DNA from: an uncultured Chloroflexia bacterium
GTDB lineage: Bacteria > Chloroflexota > Ktedonobacteria > Ktedonobacterales > JADMIN01
NCBI GenBank assembly: GCA_963718915.1
Contig: CAVRAI010000003.1
Span: 30,001-62,000 of the forward strand
DNA: 32,000 nucleotides
Direction of reading: 5' to 3'
Shown here: positions 26,383-32,000 of the stretch, piece after piece
Layout of the letters: each line of letters starts with the position of its first letter
Numbering within the stretch: position 1 is the stretch's first letter
Notes under the pieces: generated by a model
Told to the model about the DNA's origin: nothing
Databases searched by the model: none
What the model saw: only the letters and a program-made list of their open reading frames with translations
Position numbers and translations under genes: made by a program

Positions 26383-26425
26383 TGCGCCCGTACTAACGGC
26401 CAACCGGCGTGCCGCGCGGAGAGCG

Positions 26426-28879
26426 CTACGGATGCGGCTGGCTGGCCTCCGCGGCTGAGGTAGGCGCGATGATGACCCGCATGCCCGGCTGCGCATTCTG
26501 GGGCAAGTCGTCTAGCAGACGCACCACCAGCGCGCTGATGTTATCCTCGCCGCCGTTGGTATTGGCCTCGCGTACCAGCAACTGCGCCGCCTGCTGTGGA
26601 TCGGCGGTCGCCCGCAAAATGTGCTCGATCTGTGGGTCGCGCACCATCTCCCATAGCCCATCTGAGCAGAGCAGCATCTTGTCGCCCGCCTGAAGTTGAA
26701 CCGGGAATACGTCTATCTCAACCTGGTCCTCTTCGCCGCCCAGGCTACGATAAATCTGGTTGCGGCGTGGATGCGTGTAGATCTCTTCGGGGCGAATCAC
26801 GCCCGCGCTGACGAGGCTGGCGACGACGGAGTGGTCGGTGGTAATCTGGCGCAGCCCTGCCTCTGGACTCATCAGATAGGTGCGACTATCGCCGACATTG
26901 ACGACAACCGCCTGATCGTCCACGATGAGCGCCGCCGTGATGGTCGTGCCCATATCCGCACGCTCGTTGATATTGCGCCGACGTAGCTCACTATTGGCCT
27001 GTTGGACGCCGTCGCGCAGCACCCCCACGAGCGCGGGCCCGTCAAGCGGCTGGCTCGTATTCAGCGCCTGCATGACGATTCGCGTGACGATTTCGATGGT
27101 CAGGCGACTGGCCTCTTGCCCGTTAAGGTGTCCTCCCATGCCATCGGCGACGATAAAGAGGCCATAGGGCTGCGGACGCGATCCCGCCACGCGCACGCCA
27201 TGCAACGCAAGGATGTTATCCTGGTTGGGGTCGTTGGCGCGCCGGATACCTGGATGGGTCAGCCCGGCGGCGTAGGACATCAGGCTTGTATTCTTGCGCG
27301 ATTGCGCTGACGCGCGCGGCTCCCCGGCGAAGTCCGGCGGTATCGGCACGGTGTATCGCGCCCCTGGCGCTCCGGTGGCGGAGCGGGCGGGTGGCATGGT
27401 CGGCAGAAGCCCCGTCGGCATTTCCTCGATGTCTGGATGCCCGGTTCGTGGCCGCGAGTGTGGACGCGAACGGGATTGCTGGGGCGGACGCACCGCTGGC
27501 ATCGCCTGTGGCATCTCCGCCGCTGGCATCTCATACATCGAGTCGCGCGGGAGCAGATCAAGGCCAACCTCATCGAGCGGCGCTGGCATGTAGACCGGCA
27601 TCCGCGCGCGTCGGCGTCGTTGTAGCGCGACCAGTACTACCACGAGTACTATCACACCCGCGCCAACGCCCCCACCGACGATGAGCAGCGTCCGGACGCT
27701 GATACCTGCTGGTGTCGCAAGCCCAGGTAAGATGCTGGATGGTGTGGGTGTCGCTCCCTGCGTCAATGAGGGGATGGTGGTCTTATGCTGTTGCGCGGCA
27801 TCTAGAAATGGCTTGACGCCCGCGAAATCTGGCGCGGAGCTGAGCAGCCCGCGAAAGGCGCTTGTGGCGGCGTCATAGTTTGGCGACGACGCATAGAAGG
27901 CCGAGATGCCGTTCTGCCAGGCGGTCATCAGCGCGCCGGGATGGCCACTTACCGAGCCAATGGCCTTTTTCACATCGGCGAGTGACGCCAGCACGTGGTT
28001 GCCGTTGCTATCGCGCACGACCATCCCAACCAGCCGCCCGTTGCTATCTACCTCAGCCGCGCCGATGCCGATGCTGTTGCCCACGGCGGTTGGAGTGACG
28101 GCTGCCGTGGCGCCGGGCGTCTTGGTTCCCGCAGCGCTCTTGGCTGAAGGCGCCTGGGGAATCTGATCGGCGGAGACGTTGATGGGATAGAGCGTGTCGT
28201 TGATCTCGGTCTGCCGCACAGCGTCGCGATTAAGCGGAGCGCCATTCTGGCCGGTCAGGTCGATCACTGCGGGAGTCCCGCTGGCGGGGGCGTCGGACGG
28301 CTGCGGAATGGAGAGCACGGGCAGATCATGGCTCGGCGCGCCAGTGGCGTTCGCGAGTGAGAGGGCGAGCAGCGTTGGTGCGCCGGGACCGCCGTTGGTC
28401 GTGACAAGGCCCGGGCTGATGGAATAGGTGATGCTGCCGCGCTGCGTCGCTTCCGTGCCGGTATAGGAGACATTGAGCGCGACGACGATGCGCGTGATAC
28501 CCCAGGTCGTCGCATTGCCGTTCAACTGCTGGAAGGCTGCCTGCGCGCCCTGACAGGGCACCAGGGGATTGACGGCGGCGGTCGGCGTCAGCACGTAGTT
28601 GGCGGTGTTGAGATTGCCGCTCTGGTCAGTCGTCCCCACCAGCACGCCATCTGAGGCGCAGGGCGCGAGGACGGGAATCGGCGCCGGATTCGCGCTGGTC
28701 GTGCCGTAGTAGTAGGTCAAGACCCGGACGACGGCCACCCTGGCCAGAGCGACAGACTGTGACGGCCGATCTGACCCATCCGCGCGCGCCGCCTGCCCTG
28801 CTACCATCGGAATACCCAACGCCAGTAGACTCGCGATGAGCGCCAGCGCCACGCGCCTGAACCCGATCCCTGCCGCCAT
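26426..28879 (-). CDS. Receptor-like membrane PP2C Ser/Thr phosphatase (signal peptide, ~360-aa ectodomain, 1 TM, Pro-rich linker, C-terminal PP2C domain)
   Basis: PP2C motifs are present: GLFIVADGMGGHLNGQEAS, GTTITAALIVDDQAVVVNVGDSRTY, LLCSDGLWEMV and GGEDNISALVV. The TM helix is LLIVGGGVGAGVIVLVVVLVAL followed by QRRRRAR. The signal peptide is FRRVALALIASLLALGIPMVAGQAARA. The start is likely ATG 28879 or 28885 (AGGAGG upstream) rather than 28978. Confidence 0.85.
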   Translation of the reverse strand: MAAGIGFRRVALALIASLLALGIPMVAGQAARADGSDRPSQSVALARVAVVRVLTYYYGTTSANPAPIPVLAPCASDGVLVGTTDQSGNLNTANYVLTPTAAVNPLVPCQGAQAAFQQLNGNATTWGITRIVVALNVSYTGTEATQRGSITYSISPGLVTTNGGPGAPTLLALSLANATGAPSHDLPVLSIPQPSDAPASGTPAVIDLTGQNGAPLNRDAVRQTEINDTLYPINVSADQIPQAPSAKSAAGTKTPGATAAVTPTAVGNSIGIGAAEVDSNGRLVGMVVRDSNGNHVLASLADVKKAIGSVSGHPGALMTAWQNGISAFYASSPNYDAATSAFRGLLSSAPDFAGVKPFLDAAQQHKTTIPSLTQGATPTPSSILPGLATPAGISVRTLLIVGGGVGAGVIVLVVVLVALQRRRRARMPVYMPAPLDEVGLDLLPRDSMYEMPAAEMPQAMPAVRPPQQSRSRPHSRPRTGHPDIEEMPTGLLPTMPPARSATGAPGARYTVPIPPDFAGEPRASAQSRKNTSLMSYAAGLTHPGIRRANDPNQDNILALHGVRVAGSRPQPYGLFIVADGMGGHLNGQEASRLTIEIVTRIVMQALNTSQPLDGPALVGVLRDGVQQANSELRRRNINERADMGTTITAALIVDDQAVVVNVGDSRTYLMSPEAGLRQITTDHSVVASLVSAGVIRPEEIYTHPRRNQIYRSLGGEEDQVEIDVFPVQLQAGDKMLLCSDGLWEMVRDPQIEHILRATADPQQAAQLLVREANTNGGEDNISALVVRLLDDLPQNAQPGMRVIIAPTSAAEASQPHP

Positions 28880-29088
28880 GCCCATTCCTCCTCCAGGCGT
28901 CACACATAGGATGGTAAAGCTTCCCATCCGCGCCCGCACGTGCCTTCTATGATGCACCGTCACGCCTGCTATGCGCAACTATCCAGGACGGGCGGACATT
29001 CCATCATCTTACTCAACGCACGATGTGACGTTTTGGGCTGCGAAATGCGTCACAGGTGGGAGGTATGAGAAGGGGCGACAATAATGAG

Positions 29089-29109
29089 CCGTAGGCCTTC
29101 GACCTACGG
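29089..29109 (-). terminator. Hairpin downstream of the PNPOx-family gene (possible terminator)
   Basis: CCGTAGG-ccttcga-CCTACGG forms a 7-bp stem about 40 nt after the stop at 29150. The following minus-strand sequence ctcattattgt is only moderately U-rich. Confidence 0.35.
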
Positions 29110-29149
29110 CAAGGAAACCCTGATAAGCATCCGTCGGCGGTATGCGCTA

Positions 29150-29668
29150 TCATCCGAAGCGCCAGCGGGCGCCATCCTTCAGCGTTTCCGTGCTCCAGCC
29201 ACGGGCGACCAGTGGCCGCATGCGACACATGCCACTGCCAGTGGGATCGGGCGCCAGCCGTCCGTATTTTTCCATCCAGGCCGCGACGATCCGTTGCCCC
29301 AGCGCCGCATCCACGGTGACATCTTCGACCACACCCTCGAGGATCACCACATCCTCGCCGCTCTCCAGGTGAATACAGACGTTGGGATTGGAAGCGATGT
29401 TGCGCGCCCAGCGGGTATGTGGATGGCCGTCGAAGTAGAGCGCGCCATCGAGCCAGGCGCCCCAGAGCGGCGTGACGTGTGGCCGCCCGTCCGGTGAGGT
29501 CGTCGCCAGCCAGTAGTTGCGCGCCTGCTCCAGTTGCCGCTCAGCGTGCGTCCATGCCAGCAGACCCTCGGCGTCTTTCGGAAAACCGTAACCCGCAGGC
29601 GCGCTCAGTGGGCTGGCTGTGATCTGCGGCTTGTCTGGCTCATCGTCGGGCGTGTGTGAGTCGGTCAT
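29150..29668 (-). CDS. Pyridoxamine 5'-phosphate oxidase family (split beta-barrel flavin/deazaflavin-binding) protein
   Basis: NYWLATTSPDGRPHVTPLWGAWLDGALYFDGHPHTRWARNIASNPNVCIHLESGEDVVILEG matches the PNPOx-like pattern. GAGGGAG RBS. Confidence 0.8.
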   Translation of the reverse strand: MTDSHTPDDEPDKPQITASPLSAPAGYGFPKDAEGLLAWTHAERQLEQARNYWLATTSPDGRPHVTPLWGAWLDGALYFDGHPHTRWARNIASNPNVCIHLESGEDVVILEGVVEDVTVDAALGQRIVAAWMEKYGRLAPDPTGSGMCRMRPLVARGWSTETLKDGARWRFG

Positions 29669-29852
29669 AGATACTCCCTCGTACTTGCCGGAGCATGAAT
29701 GCCCCGGCGAATTTCCTCATGCTGCTGTGCGCCCATTCGCCGTAGCGTAAACGCTACGGCCAGCCTCGCCCGCCACAACGCGCGGTGTTCGGAATACAAC
29801 GTGAAGGTTCATGACGCTACGGCAATCAACAAACTGGACAAATGCTCCCTGG

Positions 29853-30719
29853 CTACTTTTCGTCGCTCGTCTCGGCGGCGAAGCGCTCCGTCCAGGCGGA
29901 ATAGCCGCCCGCCAGCGCCGCTGCATTATACCCGCATTCCGTCAATAGCGCCGCCGCGCGCTCGCCGCGTGACTGCCCCGGATGGTGCATATTGCAGTAG
30001 GTGACGATGGGGCGATCCTTCGGCAGAGCCTCTGCCCTGGCGGCGAGCTTTTTGAGTTTATCCAGCGGCAGATTGCGCGCGCTGGGCAGGTGTCCGGCAG
30101 CGTACTCTTTGGCGCTGCGCACGTCGATGATGAGCGGTTGCGGCGAGGCGCTCTGTATCTGCTCTGGCGTCATCAGGTCACAAGTGACGGTATACGGCTC
30201 GCCATGCACGCTGGCCAGCCGCGCGTGGATATCGGCGGCGCGCGCCATCTCGCCTCTCCGTTGATAATACTTCTCGATCTCCTGTAATGCCCAGGTGAAG
30301 CCGTTGGCCAGAATCTCACCCTCGATAGGGCCAGGAGGATAGTCGCCATAGTAGTTCGGGGTTCGCAGGAACGCCTCGGAGGACCGCTCGACCGCCGTGG
30401 TCAGCGCCTCCAGGTCAGTTCGTGTCGCCTGGGCCACCTCATCCCATGTCAGGCTGGCCTGCCTGGCAAGCTCGTCGCGGTTGAGCGCGTCGAAGTCTAC
30501 CTCGCGTGGCGGCTCCTCGTCTCGCGCATAAAACCCCATGCGCTCGACCATGTAGCGCATCCAGAAGCCGGTGAGGGCCACCAGCTCTTTGGCCGAATAG
30601 TCGTCATCCTTTCTGCCGCCAGCGTCGGCTCGTTCATTCGCGCTCCGGCTCGCCAGAAAATCGTCGAGCGCCTCACCCGTCTGTACAAACGCCACCAGCA
30701 GTTCCGCTTTCCTCGCCAT
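29853..30719 (-). CDS. Fusion protein: N-terminal helical-bundle (ClbS/DinB-like, tentative) domain + C-terminal rhodanese domain
   Basis: The C-terminus LIIDVRSAKEYAAGHLPSARNLPL...DRPIVTYCNMHHPGQSRGERAAALLTECGYNAAALAGGYSAW is a rhodanese fold with the active-site Cys. The N-terminal ~170 aa is helical (ELVALTGFWMRYMVERM...LTWDEVAQATRTDLEALTTAVE). GGGAGG RBS. Confidence 0.75.
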   Translation of the reverse strand: MARKAELLVAFVQTGEALDDFLASRSANERADAGGRKDDDYSAKELVALTGFWMRYMVERMGFYARDEEPPREVDFDALNRDELARQASLTWDEVAQATRTDLEALTTAVERSSEAFLRTPNYYGDYPPGPIEGEILANGFTWALQEIEKYYQRRGEMARAADIHARLASVHGEPYTVTCDLMTPEQIQSASPQPLIIDVRSAKEYAAGHLPSARNLPLDKLKKLAARAEALPKDRPIVTYCNMHHPGQSRGERAAALLTECGYNAAALAGGYSAWTERFAAETSDEK

Positions 30720-30887
30720 ACATACCTCCCATCAAACCAGTCTATCCGTTCGAGCTATCATCAGTGTACAGCGGCCAAGCAGACATCTCCTGTCATATTT
30801 GGCCGCCGCCCTGGTACATACCAATCACTCCTGTGCTAACATGCTTGTGCGGAAAAGCGTCTCCCAAGTCTTCCAAGGATATCTGAC

Positions 30888-32000
30888 ATGAGCAGCAACT
30901 ACGGCAGCTACGAGGCCCGCATTGGCGCGCTGGCCAGCGGCGAGAAGATTGACCTGCGCAGCGACACCGTGACCCATCCCTCGCCCAACATGCGCGAGGC
31001 GATGTATCGCGCGGAGGTCGGCGACGATGTCTATGGCGAGGATCCGACCGTCAACCAGCTGGAAGAACTGGCGGCGGCGATGTTGGGCAAAGAGGCGGGT
31101 CTCTTCGTCGTCTCAGGCACGATGGGCAACGCTGTCGCGATGCTGACCCACTGCCGCCGGGGCGACGAGATCATCATGGGCGACCGCGCGCACACCTATC
31201 TCTACGAGGTCGGCGGCCCGGCCCGGCTGAATGGCTCGGCCACGCGCCCGGTGCCGACGCTGGCGGATGGCACGCTCGACCGCGAGCGGCTGGCGCGCGC
31301 CTTTCAGGGCGACGACATCCACGAGGCGCGCACGGGGCTGCTCTGCCTGGAAGATACGCACAATATGGTTGGCGGGCGAGTGCTCTCGCCGGAGACACTT
31401 CGCGAGCTGGCGGCTCCCGCGCGGGCACGTAACCTGCCGGTGCATATGGATGGCGCGCGTGTCTTCAACGCTGCTGTGGCGCTGGGCATCCCGGTGAGCG
31501 CGCTGGCGGCGGAGGTGGATAGCGTGCAATTCTGCCTCTCGAAGGGGCTCAGCGCGCCGGTTGGATCGATGGTGGTTGGGTCGCGCGCTTTTATCGACGA
31601 GGGTCGGCGCGTTCGCAAGCTGCTCGGCGGCGGCATGCGCCAGGCGGGCGTCATCGCGGCGGCGGGCGTCGTTGCGCTGAACGAGATGGTCGAGCGGTTG
31701 GCCGAGGACCATGTCAACGCGAAGAAGCTGGCCAACGGGTTGGCGGCGATTCCGGGCATCACCATCGCGCCAGAGACCATCGAGACGAACATCCTCTTCT
31801 TTGGCGTGCGCGGCGAGGATGGCCAGGCGGGCGATGTGACGCCACTGGTGACGGCGGCGGCGCAGGCGGGTGTGCTGCTCTCCGGCGGCGACGATGGCCG
31901 CATCCGCGCGGTGACGCACTACGGCATCTCCGAGGCGGATATTGAGCGCTCGCTCGCGGTGCTGGCCGAGGCGATGGAAGGATTGCAAGCGCCAGTCGGA
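30888..32000 (+). CDS. ltaE: Low-specificity L-threonine aldolase (PLP-dependent), 3' end at or beyond window edge
   Basis: Not in the track because there is no stop before the window end. The frame from ATG 30888 is open for 371 codons. It contains DLRSDTVTHPSPNMREAM..AEVGDDVYGEDPTVNQLE, LFVVSGTMGNAVA, HMDGARVFNAA and FCLSKGLSAPVGS (the PLP lysine). Confidence 0.88.
   Translation, partial: MSSNYGSYEARIGALASGEKIDLRSDTVTHPSPNMREAMYRAEVGDDVYGEDPTVNQLEELAAAMLGKEAGLFVVSGTMGNAVAMLTHCRRGDEIIMGDRAHTYLYEVGGPARLNGSATRPVPTLADGTLDRERLARAFQGDDIHEARTGLLCLEDTHNMVGGRVLSPETLRELAAPARARNLPVHMDGARVFNAAVALGIPVSALAAEVDSVQFCLSKGLSAPVGSMVVGSRAFIDEGRRVRKLLGGGMRQAGVIAAAGVVALNEMVERLAEDHVNAKKLANGLAAIPGITIAPETIETNILFFGVRGEDGQAGDVTPLVTAAAQAGVLLSGGDDGRIRAVTHYGISEADIERSLAVLAEAMEGLQAPVG

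Noticed and set aside
29024-29054. TGTGACG-N17-CGTCACA inverted repeat upstream of the PP2C gene, which at first looked like a CRP/FNR site near a Crp-family regulator
   Set aside because: The half-site spacing (about 21 nt between TGTGA and TCACA) is incompatible with the 6-nt spacing of CRP/FNR-type sites. It may simply be a hairpin, and there is no second occurrence.
31113-31988. 291-aa and 199-aa minus-strand ORFs at the right end of the window
   Set aside because: They are antisense to the clearly recognisable threonine aldolase frame (30888 onward) and have an Arg-rich, low-complexity composition.

Overview
High-GC bacterial chromosomal window. Gene content, GGAGG-type ribosome-binding sites and the style of the GC-rich intergenic hairpins suggest a Chloroflexota-like genome, but that is inference only. 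All calls come from reading the supplied ORF track and hand-translating both strands, so hand-counted hairpin and motif coordinates may be off by 1-2 nt.

Housekeeping content:
- a truncated S41 protease
- an orphan family-5 ABC substrate-binding lipoprotein
- a pyrF-pyrE-pyrD cluster
- secG
- a 7Fe-type ferredoxin
- a pyruvate-dehydrogenase-type E1alpha/E1beta/E2 operon
- a Crp/Fnr regulator
- a polyprenol-phosphate mannosyltransferase
- a PNPOx-family protein
- a rhodanese fusion protein
- a 3'-truncated threonine aldolase

Accessory-looking content, with visibly more A/T at third codon positions:
1. Two tandem full-length paralogs with HEAT-like repeats, followed by an RNHCP zinc-ribbon protein.
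2. An orphan protein with a YwqG/DUF1963-like C-terminus.
3. A pair of tandem paralogous multi-pass membrane proteins built from an internally duplicated (2 TM + PH-like) module. One copy is decayed, and a YdeI/OmdA-family gene sits between them.
4. A type-I-topology receptor-like PP2C phosphatase whose ectodomain resembles a catalytically dead trypsin fold, followed by a P/Q-rich unknown protein.

Other observations:
- Two copies of a ~180-bp imperfectly palindromic MITE/REP-like element each sit directly 3' of a + strand gene.
- Four frame disruptions occur in 32 kb (MFS transporter, E2, and two in one membrane paralog). Two lie at G homopolymers, so assembly indels must be excluded before calling pseudogenes.
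- No tRNA, rRNA, CRISPR array, transposase or integrase was seen.
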